A DNA stretch of 52,140 nucleotides. Origin: Deltaproteobacteria bacterium (lineage in GTDB: Bacteria; Myxococcota; JACRCW01). The position numbers were made by a program, and so were the translations under genes. Positions 7,562 to 16,080 of this stretch are shown here, piece by piece; positions within the stretch are counted from its first letter, which is position 1, and every line of letters starts with the position of its first letter. Below the pieces are notes generated by a model. That model ran no database searches, was not told the origin of the DNA, and saw nothing but the letters and a program-made list of their open reading frames with translations. The stretch lies in the NCBI GenBank assembly GCA_016218805.1, contig JACRCW010000101.1, positions 1 through 52,140 on the forward strand, in the 5' to 3' direction.

Positions 7562-10500
7562 TCACGTGCGCGTCTCAGCCAGGCGCGTGGTCAGCCGCTG
7601 GATGCGCTCGGTCTTGTCCTTGATCTCGCGCGCCTGGCGGTCCGCCCGCTCCTTGAGCTCCTCCACCTGGCGCCGCAACTCCTCCACGTCCGGCGGGAGC
7701 GGTGCAGCGGGGGAGGGCGCTGCCGCCTGCGCCGCGGTGGCCTTGAGCGCCTCCAACTCGCGCACGGTGGTGGACATGGAGGCGCGCGCCCGTTCCAGTT
7801 CCTTCTTCAGCTCCGCCGCCTCCGTCCAGGCCTGGTCCGCGGTCTGCGCGCGGATGCGCAGCTGGTCCGCGTCCGTCAGCACCGGCACGGGGCCGTCCAC
7901 GTGCGCCAGCTTGGCGCGCAGCTGGGACATCTGCTGGTTGATGGTGACCAGCTCCGCGCGCAGCGAGATGACCTGGGTATCCCGGTCCTTCAGCTCGCGC
8001 GCCAGCGTGGTCAGCGAATCCGTGGTCGTCACCGGGCCACCGCCGCGGGCGGGCTCGGATTCCAGTGTGCGGATGCGCTCCTTGAGATCCTTGGCCTCGC
8101 GCGCGCTCTCGTCTGACTTCCGCCCGGCCTGCTCCAGCCGCGCCCGGGTCCGCGCGAGTTCATCCTGCAGCGCCTGGTTCTGCTCGCCCGCCGCCTTCAG
8201 CGTGGCGGCCAGGGCGCCCTGGGCGTTGAGCAGCTCCGCGTCCCGCTCCTGCAACTGTGTCTGCAGGGCGGTGGACCGGGCGCGCTCGGCGTCCAGCCCG
8301 GCGTCTGTGCCGGGGGCGGCGGCGGCGGCAGCGCGCCCCGCCAGCGCAACATCCAGCTCCACCTGCAGGTGGGCCAGCTGCCCCTGTGCGGCCGCCAACT
8401 CGGCGCGGGCCTGCGTCAGGCGCGCCTCAGCGTCGTCAGCGGTGCGGGTCGCCCGCAGGATGGACTCGTCCCGTTCGGCGGCCACCGTCGTCAGCTGGGC
8501 CTGCAGGCGGGTGCACTCGGCCTCCAGGTCCCCTGCGCGTGTCTGCAACACCGCGCCGGCGGCCGCGCGGGCCTCTGCGGCCTCGGCCCGGGCGTGGGCC
8601 GCGGCGGCCTCTTGCTGCGCGCGCGCCAGCTCGCTCTCCAGCGTGGTGGTCCGTGCGCCGGCCTCAGCCGCGTCGTGCAGGCGGGCGTCGGCGGCGGCGG
8701 CCAGCGCGCGCGCCTCGGCCAGGTCCGCGCGGACGCGCGCCATGTCGGTCTCCAGGGCGGCGGCGCGCACGCGGGTGGCTTCCAGCTCCGCGTCCGCGGA
8801 GCGCCGCGCGGTCACCAGTTCCTCCTGGAGACGCGCCGCCCGCTCACGGGCCTCGGTGGCGGCCTGGTCCAGCTCTGCGGCGCGGCGCGCCGCTTCCTCG
8901 CGCTCGGTGGCGGCATGGGCGCGCAGGGTGGCCAGCGCCTCCAACTGGGCCGCGGCGTGCAGTGACGCCTCCTGTTCGGCCGCCGCGGCGGACTGGCGCA
9001 GCCGCGCAAATTCCACCTCCGCCTGCTGCCGGGCCGCATGGGCCTCCGCGGTCTCCGCGCGCGCGCGCTCCACTTCCGCGCGGTCCAGCTGATAGGCCAC
9101 CTCGGCATCGCCGTGGCGCGAGCGCTCCTCCTCCAGCAGGCGGCGCGCATCTTCCAGCTCGGCGTGCGTGGCCTGCGCGCGCGCCAGGGCCTGGGCGGTC
9201 TGGGCGCGCGCCTCGTCCAGGGTGCCACGCAGGGTGCGGGTGTCGTCGGTTGCCTGGGCCAGCCCGCCGCGCGCGGCGTCCAACTCCTGTTGCAGGGCGG
9301 CGGCGTGCTGGCGCGCCCGGTCCGACTCGGCGGACCAGCCCGCCGCGTGTTCCCGCGCCTCCTCCAACGCCGCGCGGGCATGGTCGGCGTCGTTGGCGGA
9401 GCGGCGCGCCTGTTCCTGCGCCTCCTCCAGGGCGGCGCGCACGTGGTCGGCGTCGTTGGCGGAGCGGCGCGCCTGCTCCTGCGCTTCCTCCAGCGCGGCG
9501 CGGACATGGTCGGCGTCGTTGGCGGAGCGGTGTGCCTGCTCCTGCGCCTCTTCCAGGGCGGCGCGGACATGGTCGGCGTCGTTGGCGGAGCGGCGTGCCT
9601 GCTCCTGCGCCTCTTCCAGGGCGGCGCGGACATGGTCGGCGTCGTTGGCAGAGCGCTGTGCCTGCTCCTGCGTTTCCTCCAGGGCGGCGCGGACATGGTC
9701 GGCGTCGTTGGCGGAGCGGCGGGCCTGCTCCTGCGTTTCCTCCAGGGCGGCGCGGACATGGTCGGCGTCGTTGGCGGAGCGGCGGGCCTGTTCCTGGGCT
9801 TCCTCCAGGGCGGCGCGGGCATGGTCGGCGTCGTTGGCGGCACGCCGGGCCTGTTCCTGCGCTTCCTCCAGCACGCTGCGCAGGTGCTCCACCTCGCTGG
9901 CGCGGCGCGCCAGCTCGTCGCGGGCCTGGTCACCCTGTTGTGACACCTGGCGGGCCGAATCCAGCTCGCCACCCAGCCGTTCCACCTCGGTGCGCAGGCG
10001 CGCAGCTTCCTCCTGGGCCTCCTGCGCGTCCTGCCGCGACAGGGCGAGCTGCTCGGTCATGGCGCCCAGGCGCTGGCCCGCCTTGCGGTTGTCCTCGTGC
10101 TGCTGGGTCCCCAGCTGGTCCACCTGCACGCGCAGCCCGGCCACCTCGGACTCCAGGGTGTCCGCGCGGCGCGCCCGCTCATCAGCCGCCGCCAGGCGCG
10201 CCTCCAGCTGCGCGGTCCGCGCGCGCTGGGCGGCCAGCTCCTCCTCCAACTGGGCCGCCCGCTGCGCCTGCTCCGCGGCGCCGCCCGCCTGGGACTCCAG
10301 GGCGCGCGCGCGCTCCAGCGCGGCCTTCAGGTCCTCGCCCAGGACCTGTTCCACGTCCACGGCCCGCTGCGCCGCCTCCGCGCGCGCGGCCTGGGCGTCC
10401 GCCAGGGCGCGCTCCGCCTCCACCAGCCTGGCGCGGACCCGGCCCACCTCGTCCTCGGCGCGTGCGCGCTGCTCGCGCGCCAGGAACGTCTCCCGCGCGG

Positions 10501-13225
10501 CGTCTTCCGCGCGCGTGGTGGCGGCCTCCAGCGCGCTGCGCGCCTGTCCCAGGTCGGATGCCCCCGCGCGCCCCTCGCGCACCGCCGCGGCCAGCTCCGC
10601 CTCCAGGCGGGGCAGGTCAGCCAGGCGCTGCTCCGCGGTCTGCTGGCTGGCGCGCGCCCCGGCCGCCTCCGCCTCCACCAGTGCCAGCTGCCCGCGCAGC
10701 TTCTCCAGCTGTTCGGCCAGGTCCGCCGCGGTCCGCCGCGCCGCCTCCGCCTCCGTGTGCTCCTGGCGCAACTCCTCCTTCACCGCACCAAACTGGTTCT
10801 TCAGCAGCTCAATCTCGCCCGCCGCCGCGGCCGTGGCCTCCCGCACGGAGGCCCGGGCCTGCTCCTGCGTGGACTCCGCGGCTTCGCGCAGGCGCGCGGC
10901 CGCCTCCTCCTCGTGCGCCAGCCGCTCCTGCAGCTGCGCCACGCGCGCGCTGGACGCCTGCAGCTTGATGGCCAGCTCGCGGCGGCCCTCCTCCTCCTCC
11001 TCCAGGCGTGTTGCCGCCTCGCGGCGCGTGCGCTCCGCCTCGGCCCGCGCGGCTTCCAGCGCCCGCTCGCTCTCCGCCAGGCGCGCGTTGGCGGACGCCA
11101 GCGCGTCCGACCGGCGCGCCACGTCCTCCTCCAGCATGGAGAACGCGCTCTGCCGGGAGCGGAACTCGGCCCGCAGCGCGCTGAGTTCAGACTCCAGGGC
11201 GGCCCGCTGCGCCTCCAGGGTGTCCGCCTTCTGCTGCAGCTCGCGCGCCGCCGTCTGCGCCGTCGCCAGTTCGCGTTCGCGCTGGGACAGCTCCTCGCGC
11301 AGCGCGCCGTTCTCGCGGGCGCGCTCCAGCATCTTGTCGCGCACGCCGCGGCCCCGCGCTTCGGACTCCTCCAGCTGTTGTTGCGCGGCGGCCACCTGCA
11401 GGGACAGCGCCTCCTGCTGGCCGCGCAGCACGTCGCGCTCGCGTTCCGCGTTGGAGATCTGCGCGCTGGCGGCGTCCATCATGGACAGCACCTGGCGCGC
11501 GCGGTCTTCCAGCTGCACCACCTGCCGCTGCAGCGCGTGCCGCTGTTCCACCACCTCCGCCAGCGCCCGCTGCGAATCCGTGCGCGACGCCTCCATGGCC
11601 GCGCGCTCCTGCGCCAGCGCCTCCAGCCGCGTGCGGGCCTGGTCCAGCTCCGCGTTCACCGCCGTCCACGCCTCGCGCGGGAGCCGCTGTTCCAGCTCGC
11701 GCGTGAGCCGCTGCACGTCCTTCTCCGCCTTGGCCAGGGCGCTCTCCGAGCTGTCCAGCCGGGCGCGCAGGCCGGCCACCTCGTCCAGCAGCCGCGCGTT
11801 CTCCCCGGCCACGCGCTCCAGCTCCGTGCGCCGCACCTCCAGCTCCGCGCGCGCCTCCGCCTGGCCGCGTGCCGCGCCCTCCAACTCGGACCGGACCGCT
11901 CCCAGCGCCGCCGCCTGCGCGCTGCTGCGCTGGCCCGCCTGGTCAGCCAGCTGCATGAGCTCAGAAACCTGTGCCTGCAGGGCGCTGCGCACCGTGTCGG
12001 CCGCGCGCAGCCCCGCCGCGGCAGACTCCAGCTCCAACGCCAGCCGCGTGCGCGCCGCTTCGGAGGCGGCCACCTCCGCGCGCAGCTTCTCCAGCTGGTT
12101 CTGCATGGTGCCGGAGCGGCCCTCGGCCATCTCGTGCGCCATGCGGGACAGGTCCAGGTCCGCGCGGATCTTCTGCAGCTCCTGGTGCGCGTGCCGGTGC
12201 GTCTCCCGCTCCTGCAGCAGCGCCGCCGCCGTGGCGCGTCCCTCCTCCACGGCCTTCTCCAGCGCCGCCACGCGGGCATCCCGTGCGCGCAGCTCCGTTT
12301 CCAACCCGGCCGCCTGCGCCTGCAGCGCCGCGTGCGCCACCCGCGCCGCTTCGCCTGCCTCCGCCTGCAGGATGATTTCGTCGCGCAGCAGCGGGAGCTT
12401 CTCCGCCACGGTGGTGAGCGCACGGTCACGGTCGGCCAGGGCGGAACGGATCCGGGCCACCTCCGCCTGGGCGCCCCGTTCCTGTTCGCCCGCCTGCTCG
12501 CGCAGGGCGTCCACGCGGTCCAGCAGCACGGCGGCCAGCTCACCAAAGGGCAGCTGCACCAGGGTCAGCTCGCCCGCGTCCGGGAGCGTGGCGCCGGCCA
12601 GGAACAGGTAATGCGCCACCGGTTCCGCCTGCCCGTCCATCAGCCCGGTGTCCAGCGCCACCGCCGGCTCTTCCGTTGTGGAGAACGGCGTGAACGAAAA
12701 CCCCAGCAGCGGCGCCTGCCCGTACACCGCCACCTGGGCAAACGCGCCGGACAGGTGCTGCACCATGTCCGCGTAGGAGGACTCTGCCGCCGGTTCGTCA
12801 TCCAGCAGCAGGCCGGGTGAGGTCCCCTCCGGGTTGAGCACGGAGGTCACCAGGAACCCCTGCTGCCCCAGGATCCGCGCGTACTCGTCCAGGCGCCAGG
12901 TTTCCCCGCGCTGCAGCGCGCCCGGCAGCGCAAAGTCAAGGATCACGTCAAACGCGCCGTCATCCGCGGGCACGCGGTTGCCGTCCGTCATGGCGCGGAA
13001 GTCCACCTTCTTGCTGCCCAACGTGCGGCGCGCTTCGGCCACCACCGCGGGGTCCACGTCCACGCCCACCACCCGCGTGGTCTCCATGCCCGCCACCAGC
13101 CGCACCACCGCGCCCCCGCCGGCGCCCAGCACCAGCACGCGGCGGCCCTTCAGCGCCGGCTCCAGGAAGCTGAGCCGGGGCAGCAGGTCCGCCAACGCCG
13201 CGTGATCCTGGAAAAGACGTTCCAT
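7562..13225 (-). CDS. Class I SAM-methyltransferase-like domain fused to a very long coiled coil
   Basis: N-terminal VLVLGAGGG, VVGVDVD and FDVIL motifs, then ~1,600 aa of A/E/Q/R/L heptads. Start set at the ATG of MERLFQ. Confidence 0.9.
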   Translation of the reverse strand: MERLFQDHAALADLLPRLSFLEPALKGRRVLVLGAGGGAVVRLVAGMETTRVVGVDVDPAVVAEARRTLGSKKVDFRAMTDGNRVPADDGAFDVILDFALPGALQRGETWRLDEYARILGQQGFLVTSVLNPEGTSPGLLLDDEPAAESSYADMVQHLSGAFAQVAVYGQAPLLGFSFTPFSTTEEPAVALDTGLMDGQAEPVAHYLFLAGATLPDAGELTLVQLPFGELAAVLLDRVDALREQAGEQERGAQAEVARIRSALADRDRALTTVAEKLPLLRDEIILQAEAGEAARVAHAALQAQAAGLETELRARDARVAALEKAVEEGRATAAALLQERETHRHAHQELQKIRADLDLSRMAHEMAEGRSGTMQNQLEKLRAEVAASEAARTRLALELESAAAGLRAADTVRSALQAQVSELMQLADQAGQRSSAQAAALGAVRSELEGAARGQAEARAELEVRRTELERVAGENARLLDEVAGLRARLDSSESALAKAEKDVQRLTRELEQRLPREAWTAVNAELDQARTRLEALAQERAAMEASRTDSQRALAEVVEQRHALQRQVVQLEDRARQVLSMMDAASAQISNAERERDVLRGQQEALSLQVAAAQQQLEESEARGRGVRDKMLERARENGALREELSQRERELATAQTAARELQQKADTLEAQRAALESELSALRAEFRSRQSAFSMLEEDVARRSDALASANARLAESERALEAARAEAERTRREAATRLEEEEEGRRELAIKLQASSARVAQLQERLAHEEEAAARLREAAESTQEQARASVREATAAAAGEIELLKNQFGAVKEELRQEHTEAEAARRTAADLAEQLEKLRGQLALVEAEAAGARASQQTAEQRLADLPRLEAELAAAVREGRAGASDLGQARSALEAATTRAEDAARETFLAREQRARAEDEVGRVRARLVEAERALADAQAARAEAAQRAVDVEQVLGEDLKAALERARALESQAGGAAEQAQRAAQLEEELAAQRARTAQLEARLAAADERARRADTLESEVAGLRVQVDQLGTQQHEDNRKAGQRLGAMTEQLALSRQDAQEAQEEAARLRTEVERLGGELDSARQVSQQGDQARDELARRASEVEHLRSVLEEAQEQARRAANDADHARAALEEAQEQARRSANDADHVRAALEETQEQARRSANDADHVRAALEETQEQAQRSANDADHVRAALEEAQEQARRSANDADHVRAALEEAQEQAHRSANDADHVRAALEEAQEQARRSANDADHVRAALEEAQEQARRSANDADHARAALEEAREHAAGWSAESDRARQHAAALQQELDAARGGLAQATDDTRTLRGTLDEARAQTAQALARAQATHAELEDARRLLEEERSRHGDAEVAYQLDRAEVERARAETAEAHAARQQAEVEFARLRQSAAAAEQEASLHAAAQLEALATLRAHAATEREEAARRAAELDQAATEARERAARLQEELVTARRSADAELEATRVRAAALETDMARVRADLAEARALAAAADARLHDAAEAGARTTTLESELARAQQEAAAAHARAEAAEARAAAGAVLQTRAGDLEAECTRLQAQLTTVAAERDESILRATRTADDAEARLTQARAELAAAQGQLAHLQVELDVALAGRAAAAAAPGTDAGLDAERARSTALQTQLQERDAELLNAQGALAATLKAAGEQNQALQDELARTRARLEQAGRKSDESAREAKDLKERIRTLESEPARGGGPVTTTDSLTTLARELKDRDTQVISLRAELVTINQQMSQLRAKLAHVDGPVPVLTDADQLRIRAQTADQAWTEAAELKKELERARASMSTTVRELEALKATAAQAAAPSPAAPLPPDVEELRRQVEELKERADRQAREIKDKTERIQRLTTRLAETRT
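9366..9869 (-). repeat. Eight 63-bp tandem repeats (EEAQEQARRSANDADHVRAAL) inside the coiled coil
   Basis: tggtcggcgtcgttggc recurs every 63 bp from ~9381 to ~9822. Confidence 0.95.
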
Positions 13226-13371
13226 GCACCGCCCACGTCGTGCACCGGGCATTCCCCCGGCGACGTTGTGGGACCGTAGGCCCCCTCATGACCCGCTTCA
13301 ACTTTCCGGCTCGCGGCTCCGCCGGATTCCGCTTGCCTCCGCTGTCCCACCTTGTCCTAGAAACGCTCCCC

Positions 13372-14787
13372 ATGGGCCACCTTGCTGACCGCCTGGAGAC
13401 GCGCGCCCCGCCCGCCGTGGCGGACCGCGCGTGGGAACTGCTGCGCCATCCCCACGTGCTGGGCTCCTTCCTCCAGCGCCAACTGCCGCCCTCCCAAACC
13501 GGCCGCTTTGCCCTGCCCCTTTCCGACGCTGACCCTGCGCCCCACCTGGTGGTGACGCCGGATGGCCGCGGCGTGACCTGCCTGGCGGCGGGCATGATCA
13601 CGGACAGTCCCCGTATCCCGTGGCCCCGCGTGGCGGCCTACCTGGACGCGCAGGCCCAGGACCTGCGCCAGCGCGTGGCCAGCGGGCGGCTGGCTGCGGA
13701 CGCGTCGCTGCATGAGAGCCTGGAGCGGTCCGTCCAGCGCGCCTACCGCATGACCCGCGCCGAGTTTGACCGCGTCCGCCTCCTGGCGCCGCTGCTGCAT
13801 GACCTGCTGAGAGAGATGCTGGACAAACAGCTCCGGCGCCTGGAGCGGGTGTCCAATGAGAGCCGGCGGCTGGCCCGCTACGCAGTGGACGCGCACGCGG
13901 ACGCCGAGTGGTCCCTGTACACCGCCGCCTGCACCATGCTGCTGGCCTGCGCCAATGAGCCCGGCGTGGAAATCCCCGCCGTCATGTCCATGAGCCCGCT
14001 GGATCCCCTGTTGAGCGGGCGCGGCCTGTGGGTCCTGGTGAACTGGCCGGAACGCACGCTGGCCCTGGCGGACCGCTGCCTGCGCGAAGACCGCCGGTCC
14101 TTCATGCCCTACCTCCGCGGCGCGTTGTCGTGCATCGGCTGGCGGTTCGCCTGGCACCGCCGGGCCGCGGAGCAGGCGCGTGCCACCATGCTTGCGGTGA
14201 CGCGCCAGGACTTCGTCACCCCCCCCGGCCTCACCCTGACGCGCCAGGACTGGCTGGAACAGGCGCTGGACGTGGCGCGGGATTCGGCCCGGGCGGGCCT
14301 GCCCCAGGATCCGCCGGCCCCCGCACCGCTGCGCAACGCAGAGGAACGGGACCTGCTCAAGGACCTGCAGCGCGCCGCCGCCGGTGACCCCGCCGTCCTG
14401 CGCGAACTTGACCGCCTGGACCCCGTGCGCGGCCTGTTCTCCGACCCGGTGGAACGCCGCTGGCCACCGCCGCACCTCCCAGCCGTGGTGGACCCCGCCG
14501 CGTTCTGGCAACGCCACATGCTCCACGCAACCGAGGAGTCGCCCTTCATGGAACTCAGCGTGGGGCTGTGGTGGTCCAACGCGTCCCTGGACGCGCTGGC
14601 TCCTCCCCCGGAACCAGACCCGTTGTGGTCCGCCGCGGACGGGCGCGCCTACGTCCGTGAAACGCTGGTCCGCAACCTGCGCGGCCCGCAGCCCCGTGAA
14701 CCCGATCGCGCCGCCCCCAAGCCCGGCCGCAATGAACCGTGTTCGTGCGGCAGCGGTAAGAAGTTCAAGCGCTGCTGCGGCGCGTGA
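13372..14787 (+). CDS. SEC-C motif protein, paralog A
   Basis: C-terminal PGRNEPCSCGSGKKFKRCC; N-terminal PHLVVTPDGRGVTCLAAGM shared with 16081..17469. Start chosen by alignment of the MGH N-termini. Confidence 0.85.
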   Translation: MGHLADRLETRAPPAVADRAWELLRHPHVLGSFLQRQLPPSQTGRFALPLSDADPAPHLVVTPDGRGVTCLAAGMITDSPRIPWPRVAAYLDAQAQDLRQRVASGRLAADASLHESLERSVQRAYRMTRAEFDRVRLLAPLLHDLLREMLDKQLRRLERVSNESRRLARYAVDAHADAEWSLYTAACTMLLACANEPGVEIPAVMSMSPLDPLLSGRGLWVLVNWPERTLALADRCLREDRRSFMPYLRGALSCIGWRFAWHRRAAEQARATMLAVTRQDFVTPPGLTLTRQDWLEQALDVARDSARAGLPQDPPAPAPLRNAEERDLLKDLQRAAAGDPAVLRELDRLDPVRGLFSDPVERRWPPPHLPAVVDPAAFWQRHMLHATEESPFMELSVGLWWSNASLDALAPPPEPDPLWSAADGRAYVRETLVRNLRGPQPREPDRAAPKPGRNEPCSCGSGKKFKRCCGA

Positions 14788-14792
14788 GGATG

Positions 14793-14912
14793 TGCGGCGG
14801 ATCCCATCCTGAGCAAGACGGTGAGGCGGGTACGCATGCACGCAGAACGTGCATGCAGTCCGGACGGGGCATTCGTGGCGCAGATGCCGGCTCAGGATGG
14901 GAGCCGCTCGCA
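14793..14912. other. Structured intergenic element (17/18-bp terminal inverted repeat with two internal hairpins); ncRNA, MITE or REPIN candidate
   Basis: gcggatcccatcctgagc (14797-14814) pairs with gctcaggatgggagccgc (14890-14907). Internal hairpins are GCATGCACG-cagaa-CGTGCATGC (14834-14856) and GGCAT...ATGCC (14868-14888). Confidence 0.7.
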
Positions 14913-15034
14913 ACTGCACCGGGAGCACCAGACTCCTGCCGAGCCCGTCGCGCGGTCCGGGACGGCCATTGACAGCCCGTTGAAAGCTATGGTTTTCACG
15001 GCGGCAACAAAACAACGCAAAGGAGGGGTTTCCC

Positions 15035-15778
15035 ATGCCCAACGGCACCCATCTCACCATTGACGAAATGGAACGCGTCATTGACGACCTGCTCGCCCGG
15101 CGCTCCCCGGCGCTGGCCCGGTTGAGCGCGGGCGGCATCTACCGCGCGCTGCTGGAGAAGAAGCAGGCGGAACTCAAGGCGCTGCCACCCGCGCTGCGCG
15201 GCCTGCCGCGCGCCGAACAACTCCGGCTGTTGGACGTGGACCACGACCGCTGCATCCGGGCCATCAACTACCTGCGCGAGGCCCTGGAGGCCTGGCCCTA
15301 CGCCACCCCCGCCATGCGGGCCGCCAGCGCCACCCTGGTCACTCACTTCATCACCGGCCCCGGGATGACCCAGAAGCCGTACGGCGTGCAGTCCCGCGTT
15401 GCCGCGGAAGCCGAACCCAAGCTCACCACCCACGGCCCCGCATTGGCCGCCGTGCCCACGCCGGACGGCGCCAACCTGAAGGTGTGGGTGGAGAAGTATG
15501 TGGCGGCGGGCAAGGCGCTGGGCAGCTCGCATTCGGGCCGCGCGGATGACCTGGCGGGGCGCGGGGACGGCGCCGCGGCCGCCCCACTGCGCGGCGCGCT
15601 GATTGGCATCTTTGTTGACCTGCGCACGGCCATCGCGCGTGAGCTTGAGGTCAACGCCGCACTCCCGCGCAGCCTGGAAGATGACGTCCTGGGCTACCTG
15701 GACGAATTGGAGCGCCTGGCCCTGGCCCGCGCCGCTGGCCCCACCGCCGCTCCGCCGGCCGGACCGGGCCCGGTCTGA
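15035..15778 (+). CDS. All-helical hypothetical protein, DUF6261-like by motif resemblance
   Basis: Strong SD (AAGGAGGGG) before the ATG. EQLRLLDVDHDRCIRAI and AASATLVTHFITGPGMTQKPYGVQ resemble the DUF6261 'ADxxRD' and 'AxxLxxxF...xxPYxxE' pattern. Confidence 0.85.
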   Translation: MPNGTHLTIDEMERVIDDLLARRSPALARLSAGGIYRALLEKKQAELKALPPALRGLPRAEQLRLLDVDHDRCIRAINYLREALEAWPYATPAMRAASATLVTHFITGPGMTQKPYGVQSRVAAEAEPKLTTHGPALAAVPTPDGANLKVWVEKYVAAGKALGSSHSGRADDLAGRGDGAAAAPLRGALIGIFVDLRTAIARELEVNAALPRSLEDDVLGYLDELERLALARAAGPTAAPPAGPGPV

Positions 15779-15794
15779 CCCCCGTCACAAAACC

Positions 15795-16020
15795 CGGTTG
15801 CAGCCGCCTTGGGCGTACCCCCGGGGTATGGGCTGGGCGGTTTCGGCCGTCTTGGGGGTGCCCCTGGGGTATGTGCCGGGCGGTTTCAACCGTCTTGGCG
15901 GTACCCCCGGGATAGGGGCCGGGCGGTTTCAACCGCCATGGAGTATCCCCGGGGTATGAGCTGGGCGGTGTCATCCGGCCTGGAGGTACCCCCTGGGTAT
16001 GGGCCGGGCGGTTACAACCG
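15795..16020. repeat. Non-coding tandem array of 43-bp units (5 full plus 1 partial), each with two palindromes
   Basis: Units start at 15795, 15838, 15881, 15924, 15966 and 16009. Consensus CGGTTTCAACCGyCTTGGnGGTACCCCCGGGGTATGGGCyGGG. Confidence 0.92.
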
Positions 16021-16080
16021 GGCGGTCACCCGCCACGTACGTGATTTCATGCGGCACTTGCCGGAGTGGGAGGAACGCGC

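Noticed and set aside
9366..9869. 63-bp repeats as CRISPR or a DGR template/variable pair
   Set aside because: They are in-frame coding repeats without spacers; no reverse transcriptase is present and the differences are not adenine-specific.
7323..12820. Very long plus-strand ORFs (7323..9092, 8257..10968, 9168..12611, 10097..12820)
   Set aside because: Antisense shadows of the GC-rich coiled-coil gene; low-complexity Ser/Ala/Arg/Pro translations.
14969..14993. Sigma70 promoter TTGACA...TATGGT upstream of 15035
   Set aside because: The spacer is only 13 bp. The -35 box is perfect, but no properly spaced -10 box was seen.
15795..16020. CRISPR array
   Set aside because: Units are contiguous with no unique spacers, and there are no cas genes in the window.
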